Shown: positions 31,312 to 47,006 of the stretch, piece after piece | Numbering within the stretch: position 1 is the stretch's first letter | Layout: each line of letters begins with the position of its first letter | Assembly: GCF_009914755.1 (NCBI RefSeq) | Contig: NC_060929.1 | Direction: 5' to 3' (one strand) | DNA: 64,000 nt | From: the human T2T-CHM13v2.0 reference genome, Homo sapiens | Program-made: the position numbers and the translations under genes | Notes under the pieces: model-generated | Seen by the model: only the letters and a program-made list of their open reading frames with translations | Told to the model about the DNA's origin: nothing | The model's database searches: none

Positions 31312-33009
31312 TGCATTGTTCAGACTAGCAAAAGTGATGTGATGATTATATGGCCAGAAAACTTGCATATAATAGGCCCCATAAACACTCCACTCCTCTC
31401 ATGCTGCCACCCCATTACCTGTTTTACTTCCTCAGTGGGACAGGTTCCATGCAGCTGCCTCCCATCTTGTTGCTCTTAACCTTCTCTCTGTATGGGGAGT
31501 ACACAGTGACGGTTTTATATTGGTTGTCTTGCTTCCACATGGCTGAGTTTTCCCCCTTCCCCCACAGCATGTTCAATATTTGGATTGGAACAGGATGTTT
31601 ACAGCTACGGAGTTATTAGTTTGTTTCCTTTAGAAGGCTCAGAAGCCCCAACCGTGAAGCCCTAGAGTTCTTCCTGTCTCCACAGTACGGAGTGCCAAAC
31701 GTTGCATCCGTGTCCACACAGTCATTACTATTACTATCTAAATGGGCTGATGTTTTCAGCCAGCATCTTTTTGCCATTTGCTGCCATTATGTTGACATAA
31801 TGAAGACAACTGAATAATATACAAAGAAGAACTCAGAGGCTTTGATTAAAAGAAAAAAGTGTCCAGATGACTTGAGGAAGTTGGTACAATCCAGATTTCA
31901 CATGTGATTTACTTTTGTCTGCTCTTATTATCCCAGTGTATGGCTCCATTGGTGACAGTGGCTTTCAAAATTTGCCCATGTTTGTGTGTAAAGCTTACTC
32001 TTGATGACAGAATTTGCTAGCTGCTTTTCTGAAGCCCCTTAAATAGATTTCAAGTTGGCTTGGAACCATTCAGGAAGCAGCAGTAGAGTTGGTTCAGCAA
32101 GTCCTCCAAATTGAGAGAAATAATAGAGCTGTACTCAGAAATCCAAGATAATGTTGTCATTGTCAGTCCTTCGGGGTGGATTCAGTATTTTCACTTCTGG
32201 CTTTCTAGGTGAGCACAGTGCAGCCTCTTGGCAAAGTTGCAATGATGCTAATGATGCAGGCTTCGAGCAGTAGGTCTAGGCAGTCAGAGCAGGGCAAGCC
32301 CCGTGGGACTGACTAGTGTCCAACCCACCACGGGTCTGGGCTCCAGAGCTCTTCTGCAAAAGTGCTTGGGCAGGAAAGATACAGCATCACCACTGTGAGG
32401 ACCACTGGGAGCCACTTGCAGAAAAAAATCCACTGGGTTGAAGGCCAAGCAAGCCAAATGACTACATTGAGGGGTAGAGGCCATTTCAAAGTCGATATTA
32501 AACTTCGTGTATAACATTTCAGGAGCAATCGAGTAGAGAATGGGACCCATCTAGGGAAGAAAATGTTTCTTAAAAGATCAGACTCTCAACTCTTTCACTG
32601 AAGGATTCTGACAAATAAATCCTGCCTACCTGGAGTTCACTCTAATTCAGGGGTTGGGAGAAGGGGTTTAGAGTAAGCACCATGAAATCTGACAGGTTCT
32701 CCACATCTTTCCAAATTCTGGCACATTGTCTCCAGAAAGACCAGCACCCTCTGCATTGACATGGTTTTGTTGTTTCCTGACCTCTGGCCTATGTATAAAT
32801 GTGAAAGTCTTTCTGACTAGCAATAATTATTCCTTCCTTCATACAAAAACAGAGAAGGAGTAGGGAAACCCACAATTTATTCCAACTGACATTTTTTATG
32901 CTTTTAGTTCTTAATTTTAATAGAGTTTTTTTTGGAATATCCTTTAAAGGAGGTTAGAAAACTTGACAGTATAGCAACTTAATGTTTCTTTCTCTTCTCA
33001 CCCAACTCA

Positions 33010-33146
33010 AATTGTGATGGCTCTGCTAATCACCCTGATCTGATCATTATACATTATATGTATCAAAAGATCCCTGTGTACCCCATGAATATGTACAATT
33101 ATTATTTGTCAACTTAAGAATTTTTATTAAATTAAATTAAATTAAA
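33010..33146 (+). mobile_element. L1MA-type 3' end fragment
   Basis: CCCTGATCTGATCATTATACATTATATGTATC...TGTACCCCATGAATATGTACAATTATTAT then (TAAAT)n tail. Confidence 0.65.
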
Positions 33147-34167
33147 ACAAACAGGTTAGAGGACAGTGCCATTAATTCATTCAAAGAAATCCAGTACAGA
33201 GGTGGCAGAACTCTTTTATCTTTCTATCTTCTGCCCTTTCACAATATAAAAATCAGAATTGTAGTTAATGGCTTTCTTTTTGTGTAACTTTTGGAGAGTA
33301 CTTTTTTATAGCCTATGGTAAGGGAAGGGAAGAAATAATGGTTATTTCAGGGATCTAAGTGTAAGGTTGACACCATGAAATACAGCACTGTTAGTATACC
33401 TTACAATAGTTACTACATTTTGAGGCATAAGATAAGAGTATCTCTAAATCTTCGTAGCTACATTTTTCTATTTTTCTTACTTTTTATCAGTAAAGTCATA
33501 AGACTACTGCAAGCATCATTTTTCTTAGCAACTCTAATTTAAAGATGTCGTCTTGTGTTTTGATAGGTTTTCAAGATTTGAACCAGATTTGTTCCTACTC
33601 GGTTATCTGTTAGTCAAATGTAAACAGCAACAGACCCTTTCTGACATCTTGTGTACTCATGTAAAATGAAACAATACAAAACTCATAACCGTCATGTGAA
33701 TACACAATACACTTTGTTCCCTCTTTTGATTACAGAGCAATGCCAGACTCTAAAGAGGGATAATTATAAACTCTTTGTGGATTTTGTGGCAAAAGCAGAG
33801 ATTCCTTGCTATGATTATTAGATAGATTATGGTTGGAATGGGTTGCTTCTAATTTTATTTTGGTCTTTACACAATTCGAATCATAAGGAGAAAAACTGTT
33901 TCAAAGGATAAAGAACAACTGTGGTCAAAGTCAAAATTATTTGTTAGGAATGCAAGACACCCACAAAAAACAGTCATATTAATAACTATGTATTTGATAT
34001 CTTGCACATTAATCTTTGTCAAGATGTTCCTAAATTTTTCCCTAAAAAAATCTCTATTTCATATATATTTGGCTGTATTTATGAGTTATTTTTTAATAAT
34101 AATAATAATGTGTGCTCTTTAGTTAATACATTAGCCTAAGAAAAATGTTAAAAGTACTAATATCTGG

Positions 34168-34373
34168 CCACCCATGTCACAATGTAAAATCATAACTTCC
34201 TAGAGGGAACTGGAACTGTAACCAACTAGGATGTTACCATACTAGGATACTGAATATGCAACATCGTAGTATGTAAAATATCAACATAAACGATGAGCCA
34301 GAATCCACCATTCTTTTTATTTTATGATTGAGTTATAAGCCTTGAATTCGCTTAAACAGGAACTAAAAGCAAA
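34168..34373 (+). repeat. Local duplication B, copy 1 (206 bp)
   Basis: Ungapped match to 35247-35452, 13 mismatches counted. Confidence 0.95.
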
Positions 34374-35246
34374 AGTTGTTCTTTGTGGCCTGTGCTTCTC
34401 TGCACTACATTTAAGCATTACCATAGTCAATCACTGGATATTCAGCTCTGTTATTTCACAAGACTCTTGACATTGCCAAAAGAGCCAACTTGGCCATTTT
34501 GCAAGACACTGTTTTAATCAACTTTTTATTTTCCTGATCCATAAAGCAACATGAAGCAATCTTTTAGCTATAAGCCATGCTTGCTTCCTTCAAATGAACT
34601 TAAAATTAATTCTAAGACAATAAAACACTGAAGTTTCTCTTTTTAAGCTAAAATTAAGGTGTTGTTTTCATTTTATTTTCACTTTTTGAACCATTTTAAA
34701 AGATGTGGTCTTTTTACCAAAGAGGACTAATCTATTGCTTGGAGGCCAGCCTGCAAATAATCTGGCCTAGAGTGAGGAATCCTTTTTAAGACAGTTTGTA
34801 TTGAATGAACCAAAACAATTTCCACCCTGAGGCTTCCATCTGGTCAACCTCTGTTCAGTCCCATAAATAATTAATATGGAAAAATGGTGTTGTTTTTTTT
34901 TTTGTATCTTCAGTCCTCTTTGCTTTTACTAATTTAACAGAGAGATATTTAAAAACCAAACAAACAAATGTAACAACAACAACAAAATCTTGAAGAAAGC
35001 TCAGGCCACCAGCCTGGAATATGATGTCAGACTGTTAACATTTGCTGGCAAGAATTAAATATTTTCAGTTCAGTTCTAAACTTATGAAGATAAACAAAGT
35101 GGTCTGCCCATCAGAAAAGTGTGAATATTGTGATGTGGCTTGGGGGACACATAAGAAAGAAAACAGAAGGCAGGAATGGAGAGGATAGGTCATAATTAAT
35201 ACACTCAATCTACCCTTGTGCCTCCTCTTCGACCCCAACCCCAACC

Positions 35247-35452
35247 CCACCCATGTCACAATGTAAAATCATAACTTCCTGGAGGGAACAGGAAGTGTAA
35301 CCAACTAGGATGTTACCATACTAGGATGCTGAATACGCAACATCCTAGTATATAAAATATCAACGTAAATGATGAGCCAGAATCCACCATTCTGTTTATT
35401 TTATGATTGAGTTATAAGCCTTGAATTTGCTTAAAAGGGAACTAAAAGCAAA
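35247..35452 (+). repeat. Local duplication B, copy 2
   Basis: Offset 1079 bp from copy 1. Confidence 0.95.
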
Positions 35453-35821
35453 GATTGCCTAGAAAAGTGGTTCTAAATAAAGATCATCGCCAACATATCA
35501 AATGTACACTTCCTTCCCTCCTGGTTCCAAACCCAGGCATTTTTTTTTAATGATATTGCAAAATTTTATTGAGGAGCTTTACACATTGGTCAATGCTATG
35601 TTATATAGTTACATTTAAATTTATTTTTTCAAACTTGATTTAAATGCCATTAAGAAATACAGCCTATAAATATAAACTTCTAAGTATCTTTCTAAAGAGA
35701 AACATGACTCAGAAATTATAGGCTGTTGAGATATGGGTGCTTTGCAGAGTTTATGATAGGTCCCCATTCTATAGAGCTATTTTACATAGTTGACCTAGAA
35801 GGATTTTTTTTTTTTTTTTTT

Positions 35822-35880
35822 ATGTAACATGTATTTTACCATAATTATTATTTTTTAGTTGTTCAGGATCCACAAAAAAA
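35822..35880 (-). other. L1 3' transduced segment (59 bp) between two poly(A) tails
   Basis: Non-L1HS sequence between T18 (35804-35821) and T14 (35881-35894), inside the TSD. Confidence 0.88.
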
Positions 35881-36099
35881 TTTTTTTTTTTTTTATTATA
35901 CTCTAAGTTTTAGGGTACATGTGCATATTGTGCAGATTAGTTACATATGTATACATGTGCCATGCTGGTGCGCTGCACCCACTAATGTGTCATCTAGCAT
36001 TAGGTATATCTCCCAATGCTATCCCTCCCCCCTCCCCCGACCCCACCACAGTCCCCAGAGTGTGATATTCCCCTTCCTGTGTCCATGTGATCTCATTGT

Positions 36100-39951
<3,852 letters not shown>

Positions 39952-39990
39952 TCATTAGTTGATGCAGTTTCTTCCTAGTCTCGATGGTCT

Positions 39991-41007
39991 TTACATTTTG
40001 GCATGATTTTGCAGCGGCTGGTACCGGTTGTTCCTTTCCATGTTTAGCGCTTCCTTCAGGAGCTCTTTTAGGGCAGGCCTGGTGGTGACAAAATCTCTCA
40101 GCATTTGCTTGTCTATAAAGTATTTTATTTCTCCTTCACTTATGAAGCTTAGTTTGGCTGGATATGAAATTCTGGGTTGAAAATTCTTTTCTTTAAGAAT
40201 GTTGAATATTGGCCCCCACTCTCTTCTGGCTTGTAGGGTTTCTGCCGAGAGATCCGCTGTTAGTCTGATGGGCTTTCCTTTGAGGGTAACCCGACCTTTC
40301 TCTCTGGCTGCCCTTAACATTTTTTCCTTCATTTCAACTTTGGTGAATCTGACAATTATGTGTCTTGGAGTTGCTCTTCTCAAGGAGTATCTTTGTGGCG
40401 TTCTCTGTATTTCCTGAATCTGAACGTTGGCCTGCCTTGCTAGATTGGGGAAGTTCTCCTGGATAATATCCTGCAGAGTGTTTTCCAACTTGGTTCCATT
40501 CTCCACATCACTTTCAGGTACACCAATCAGATGTAGATTTGGTCTTTTCACATAGTCCCATATTTCTTGGAGGCTTTGCTCATTTCTTTTTATTCTTTTT
40601 TCTCTAAACTTCCCTTCTTGCTTCATTTCATTCATTTCATCTTCCATTGCTGATACCCTTTCTTCCAGTTGATCGCATCGGCTCCTGAGGCTTCTGCATT
40701 CTTCACGTAGTTCTCGAGCCTTGGTTTTCAGCTCCATCAGCTCCTTTAAGCACTTCTCTGTATTGGTTATTCTAGTTATACATTCTTCTAAATTTTTTTC
40801 AACGTTTTCAACTTCTTTGCCTTTGGTTTGAATGTCCTCCCGTAGGTCAGAGTAATTTGATCGTCTGAAGCCTTCTTCTCTCAGCTCGTCAAAATCATTC
40901 TCCATCCAGCTTTGTTCTGTTGCTGGTGAGGAACTGCGTTCCTTTGGAGGAGGAGAGGCGCTCTGCGTTTTAGAGTTTCCAGTTTTTCTGTTCTGTTTTT
41001 TCCCCAT
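39991..41007 (-). CDS. LINE-1 ORF1p RNA-binding chaperone, 338 aa, open frame
   Basis: MGKKQNRK...QNHAKM with REKG, ARR and YPAKLS motifs intact; 63-bp spacer to ORF2. Confidence 0.97.
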   Translation of the reverse strand: MGKKQNRKTGNSKTQSASPPPKERSSSPATEQSWMENDFDELREEGFRRSNYSDLREDIQTKGKEVENVEKNLEECITRITNTEKCLKELMELKTKARELREECRSLRSRCDQLEERVSAMEDEMNEMKQEGKFREKRIKRNEQSLQEIWDYVKRPNLHLIGVPESDVENGTKLENTLQDIIQENFPNLARQANVQIQEIQRTPQRYSLRRATPRHIIVRFTKVEMKEKMLRAAREKGRVTLKGKPIRLTADLSAETLQARREWGPIFNILKEKNFQPRISYPAKLSFISEGEIKYFIDKQMLRDFVTTRPALKELLKEALNMERNNRYQPLQNHAKM

Positions 41008-41912
41008 CTTTGTGGTTTTATCTACTTTTGGTCTTTGATGATGGTGATGAACAGATGGGTTTTCGGTGTAGATGTCCTTTCTGTTTGTTAGTTTTCCTTC
41101 TAACAGACAGGACCCTCAGCTGCAGGTCTGTTGGAATACCCTGCCGTGTGAGGTGTCAGTGTGCCCCTGCTGGGGGGTGCCTCCCAGTTAGGCTGCTCGG
41201 GGGTCAGGGGTCAGGGACCCACTTGAGGAGGCAGTCTGCCCGTTCTCAGATCTCCAGCTGCGTGCTGGGAGAACCACTGCTCTCTTCAAAGCTGTCAGAC
41301 AGGGACACTTAAGTCTGCAGAGGTTACTGCTGTCTTTTTGTTTGTCTGTGCCCTGCCCCCAGAGGTGGAGCCTACAGAGGCAGGCAGGCCTCCTTGAGCT
41401 GTGGTGGGCTCCACCCAGTTCGAGCTTCCCAGCTGCTTTGTTTACCTAAGCAAGCCTGGGCAATGGCGGGCGCCCCTCCCCCAGCCTCGTTGCCGCCTTG
41501 CAGTTTGATCTCAGACTGCCGTGCTAGCAATCAGCGAGATTCCGTGGGCGTAGGACCCTCTGAGCCAGGTGTGGGATATAGTCTCGTGGTGCGCCGTTTC
41601 TTAAGCCGGTCTGAAAAGCGCAATATTCGGGTGGGAGTGACCCGATTTTCCAGGTGCGTCCGTCACCCCTTTCTTTGACTCGGAAAGGGAACTCCCTGAC
41701 CCCTTGCGCTTCCCAGGTGAGGCAATGCCTCGCCCTGCTTCGGCTCGCGCACGGTGCGCACACACACTGGCCTGCGCCCACTGTCTGGCACTCCCTAGTG
41801 AGATGAACCCGGTACCTCAGATGGAAATGCAGAAATCACCCGTCTTCTGCGTCGCTCACGCTGGGAGCTGTAGACCGGAGCTGTTCCTATTTGGCCATCT
41901 TGGCTCCTCCCC
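41008..41912 (-). promoter_or_regulatory. L1HS 5'UTR: CpG-rich internal sense promoter plus antisense promoter firing in the FBXL7 direction
   Basis: Complete ~905-bp 5'UTR, CpG-dense, YY1-type CAAGATGGCC motif near 41893-41902. Confidence 0.9.
41463..41678 (+). CDS. L1 ORF0 (71 aa antisense ORF)
   Basis: GCAATGG start; MAGAPPPASLPPCSLISDCRASNQRDSVGVGPSEPG...RHPFL*, 216 nt; internal donors CCAG|GTGTGG (after 41568) and CCAG|GTGCGT (after 41653). Confidence 0.88.
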   Translation: MAGAPPPASLPPCSLISDCRASNQRDSVGVGPSEPGVGYSLVVRRFLSRSEKRNIRVGVTRFSRCVRHPFL

Positions 41913-42602
41913 ACCGACCTAGAAGGATTTTCCACAAGTATTTCAGTTTGCTTGAATTCTACTCCACAACTGAATTTCCAAAACATTATTATTAACTTTG
42001 CATTAAAATGGAGCTTTCTATTAAAAAAAAAAGAAGTATGACAAGTTCTGAAAACTAAGATGATCACTCTAGAATTAGGCCCATGTTACTCCACCATAAA
42101 AGTCCTGCCTCCCGCACTCAGGGACCCACCGAAACGCCAGTCTTTGTGCTATTTAATATTGGGTCCATTCACTGGAAAAGCCCTGCCCTAGAAAGGGGCT
42201 CTGGGGTCTTTAAAGAAGAGATTATGAACTTAGACTGTAGTAGGCCCAGGGAACTACCCATGCGAAATGTATCCCAGGTCAATATAAGGTGACCTTTAGA
42301 ATCAGAGCCCAGCATGCTGCAGAGAGACCCTTAGCAGAGAAATTAAACAATGTTTAAGTGTACTGAGTCTCTTTACGTGTTCTTTCTCTCTATATTTGAT
42401 AATATAGAAAGAATAAAATGTTTCTCTATATCCTTGGGTCACTGGTTTTTCCAAGCGTTTAAAAATGTTAATGGGAATGTGGAATTTATGAGTTTACATT
42501 TGTTTGGCACTTAGTGCCTTGGATATAGTAAGTGCTTTACACAAAACTTTATGTTAAAAGAAATTGTTGTAAAGATTTTCAACAACAGTGGATCATATTT
42601 TC

Positions 42603-42734
42603 TTTTTTTTTTTTAATGTTTTTTTTTATTAATTTTTTTTTTATTATACTCTAAGTTTTAGGGTACATGTGCACATTGTGCAGGTTAGTTACATATGTAT
42701 ACATGTGCCATGCTGGTGCGCTGCACCCACTAAC
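42603..42734 (-). mobile_element. Severely 5'-truncated L1HS (probably pre-Ta), ~90 bp plus patterned poly(A)
   Basis: L1HS 3' terminus with CTTAGAG; exact 12-bp TSD GATCATATTTTC (42591-42602 / 42735-42746); TTTC/AA nick site. Confidence 0.9.
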
Positions 42735-43462
42735 GATCATATTTTCAAATGACTAAGGAAATGCAAGGATTCACTATGCTATGAAAGTGTTCTAATTACT
42801 TATTGATCTTTTACATGGTCGTAAGTTTAGTGGAGATTTCTCTTTTTTTCTCGTTGAAAGTTGAATTTGTGAGCTAGACTATTGCTCCCTGTGGGGCTTG
42901 TTTTCTGCTGTGAACTGAAAATGTATTAGTATCTTTTTACTAGAATCTAAATTCAATACTATGCCATCTATTGTAAAGATGTAAACGTTGGAATTTTGTA
43001 ACTATTCATGGGGAAATGAGACTAAAGAATTATCTGACAATTGAATATAGAAAATAATTAAGGCAGCTACATAAAGTGCAACTCGAAGATTGAAAATTAC
43101 GGATTGCAAGCCTTTGCATGAAAATACATGTGTTTCTTCTCTTGTCAAGACAAGAAAGAGCTGGCTCCTTTCCCAAGCTTTGCAAAACTATCTCTGAGCT
43201 CTCTGGAAGACAGGGAATTAGAAATACTGTCGCTTCCACACTGTCAAAGAGAAGCCAGTTCCAGTTATTACAGTTGATGCGTGACTTAGTTCGGGGGTTG
43301 GGGAGGGCAGGGGGACAGGAATACAAACAAAAGTTTCTGTTACATCTTAGGTAACTAAATTTCAACAGTAGAGATCTTAAAATTCTGGGCCAATGTAAAA
43401 GTGTTACTCATTTTTATTTATTGTGAGTTTTCAGGTATCGTTGTTATTAGAAATGAGCAGGG

Positions 43463-43791
<329 letters not shown>

Positions 43792-44591
43792 CTATGATAG
43801 CAGGTATTGTGAAGAAAAAAGCACCAAGCATTTGGTTCTGAGATGCTTTAGGTGATGTGGGCTGCATGAGATTGTTTTTGGGTGTACATGTGTCTTTTTA
43901 AATATCTTCTGAGTAGATTAATACTATTAAACTAAGTGTATGTACTAGCTAAGCCTAAATTAAGTGGAGGGGCAAAAACAAAAGACCTGAAAATGAAATA
44001 TTGATAAATCACAGAAATGTTCCAACTTCTTCAATCTGAAACATCTGGTTCCTCCAAGTAATTCCTGTAAATATTTCCAACTGCAACCAAAAAGAAAATG
44101 AAAGTGATTTGTGGTAGGACCGAGCGAGCACATTCTCCCCTTGGTGCATTAGTTGAGCAGCTTCTGGGTGGCTGAATCCATATAAGACTCTGGACTGACT
44201 CAGAGATGAAGGAGGCATCTCCTGGCCTCGAAGTGCTCACAGTATACTGGATGGAGAGGCACTCTGTGCAAAGGGCTATGATGCAGATATATTTGAATTC
44301 AGTGGAAACACTAAAAGTAGCTAAATATTAATAATTCAGCCTTGCTGGATCTGGGAAGGCTTGGCAGAAAAGCTGACTTCTGACCAGGAGCTTGAGTGAT
44401 GACTGAAAATTCATCAGTTAATCTGGAGAAACAGGCCTTCTGGGCTGGGAGAACATGAGCATGTGCTCTGCAATGTAAATTTTGGGGAAGAATCTCATAC
44501 ATACTCTAAAAAATGGATTTTGTTCCCTGGGTAGTGTTCCGTACAATGCCTGGCATATAGTAAGCATTCAATATAAAAGTGTGGAAAGAGC

Positions 44592-45043
44592 TGTACTGGC
44601 TTCCTGGGCTGCTGTAACAAAATACTGCAAACTAGGTGGCATACAGCAACAGAATTTATTGTCTCACAGTTCTAGAGGTTGGAATTCCCAAACCAAGGTG
44701 TTGACAGAGATGTGGAGTAGGATCCTTTCTTGCTTCTTGCAGCTCCTGGAAGCCCCAGATGTTTCTGGAGTGTTGCAGTGTAACTCTAGTTTCGGCCTCC
44801 GTCTTCACAGTGCCATCTCCCTCTGCATATGAGTCTTTCTGTGTCTATACCCTGTGTCTCTGTCTTGCCTGCTTATGAAGACACTAGTCATATTGGATTA
44901 AGAGTCTACTCTAATCGAGCATGACCTCCTCTTAACCTAATACGTCAATAGACCTTATTTCCAAATAAGGTCACTTTCACAGACACAGGGCTGGTTAAGA
45001 CTTCATCATATCTTTTGCAGGGGACGCAATTCAACCCGTAACA
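44592..45043 (-). mobile_element. MLT1-type MaLR LTR
   Basis: TGTACTGGCTTCCTGGGCTGCTGTAACAAAATAC...TTTCCAAATAAGGTCAC...CAATTCAACCCGTAACA. Confidence 0.75.
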
Positions 45044-45499
45044 GAAGGAATGAGCTAGTCAAGGTTTTGATGCCGGGAAAAATGGTCCATATTTTAGAAA
45101 GTAAACCCTGAATGCAGGATGGAGTCCATATTAGTAAGGTGAAGGGTGGGAAGGAAGACTAGAATCAGGAGTCTCAGTTAACGAGTTGTTGAAAGGAGAT
45201 GAGAGATGATGAGCACTTGAGCAGGGTGGGAGCAGTGGAGAGAGAAGGGAAACAGACGTGAAATCCATAGCCAGTCAAAGTGAGGGACTTGGGGACTGAT
45301 TAGATATAGGTAGATGAGGGTCAGGGAGGATTCAAGATGATTCCTAGGGTTCTATCCTGGGAGGCAGACCTGATGAATGGTGATGCCACTAATGATAATA
45401 CAGAACGTAAGGCGGAACTTTTGTTTTGCAAAGGATATTGATGAGTTCACCCTTGTACACATTGTATTGGTGATACATCAAATACACTTGTGGGGAGAG

Positions 45500-45680
45500 G
45501 ACTAGTTGTCCATAGAACTCCATGGAATCATTCTATGCCTGTGCTATGTAAAATACTGTTTTGTGGCTGCTGAGCTCTTGAAATGTGGCTAGTGCACCTG
45601 AGGACCTGAATTTTCAGTTTAATAAATTTAATTTCCAATAGTCACCTGTGCCTAGTGGTTACCATATTAGAGAGCACTGA
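45500..45680. mobile_element. MER3-like hAT relic within L2-like sequence
   Basis: TTGAAATGTGGCTAGTG...AATAGTCACCTGTGCCTAGTGGTTACCATATT motifs. Confidence 0.55.
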
Positions 45681-46707
45681 CCTAGCAGGTACTTAGACAT
45701 GTGTGTTTGATATTTGAGAGAGATGCAGAGATGGGGGAGCATGGTCTAGATTGAAAATCGAATTTGGGGAGTCATTAGCTTATAGGCAATTGCTGAAGCC
45801 TTGTGGGCCGTGAGCCCATCGAGCAGGGAGCCAGATACAGAGATGAGTTAAGAGTGCAACCCTTGGGGAACATCAGTGTATAAGTTGTATACCACAAAAG
45901 AGAGTGAGCAAAGGACACCTGAGAAGCAGAAAGGAAAAGCAGAAGAGAGGACAGTGTTGCAGAAGGCAGAGGAAAAATTTCAAGGAGAATGCAGTCTACC
46001 ATATCCGAGGAAAACAAATTTCATTTAATAAACTATGAAAAGGGGCTTTCACAATTACAATATTCCTTTACCAATAAATGAAATAGCCATATTTTATTAA
46101 CAAAGAGTAAGTACATTGTGCTCTAACCATGGAATTTATCTTTATCTTCCCTCCACCTCCAGCCAAAGGTTAATGGAGGCAACAATAAGGAATTTATAAA
46201 GATGGGAGTATTCCAGGGAATCCAGAATAATATGCCTCTAAAAACATTGCCCTATAGCAGGAGGGCCCAGAATGCATTTCCCATGAAGTCCTCAATAGAA
46301 GTTGTGTAACTGTTTTAATGCCTGTACTGATGGTAGTATCACTTTTCATAGACTCTGCCTAAATACTCTGTGAAGTGGGTAGACTTATTTCCAGTTTACG
46401 TAAGAGGAATCTGTGGCTCATGGAGTTTCAGTGTCTTGCCTCAGATGATACAAGCTGCACATAGTAGAGTTAGGAATCCAGGTTTTTCTGTCCATGCTCT
46501 TTCCACCTCAACAGTGTTTTCTAAACTTAAGACATTGACATTCTGCTCTCATGATTTTTTCCATATATGCTCACCACTTCAACCGATATTCACTTAATAT
46601 TTTTAAAGTAAACTTAAATTATTATTTAAAAGCTGAATATTATAGTTTTACTTGGAAAACCAGTATCACTCGCCATAAATATATGGTGATTTTGAAATAA
46701 AAAAAAA

Positions 46708-46985
46708 TCACACCTGTAATCCCAATATGTTGGAGGCTAAGGTGGCAAGATCACTTGAGCCCAGGAGTTCAGGACATGGGAAATATAGCAAGATCTCATC
46801 TCTACAGAAAATTTTAAAAATGAGCCAGGCATGGCAGCATGTGCCTGTAGTTCCATCTACTCGGGAGGCTGAAGCAGGAGGATCCCTTGAGTCCAGGGGT
46901 TCAAGGTTGCAGTGAGCTTTGATCATGTCACTGCACTCCAGCCTGGGTGACAGAGTAAGACCCTGTCTCAAAAATAAAGTAAATG
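46708..46985 (+). mobile_element. AluJ-like, 5' end clipped
   Basis: TCACTTGAGCCCAGGAGTTC...GCAGGAGGATCCCTTGAG AluJ-type diagnostics. Confidence 0.85.
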
Positions 46986-47006
46986 AAAGAAAGTAAAGGA
47001 AGGGAG

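Noticed and set aside
31700-32560. Repeat-poor stretch with ORFs 32284-32550 and 32313-32528 as a possible exon or pseudogene
   Set aside because: No recognisable homology, splice structure or poly(A)/TSD; cannot be supported without a database search.
36023-36047. G-quadruplex-like tract on the - strand
   Set aside because: Standard L1 3'UTR polypurine tract present in all young L1s.
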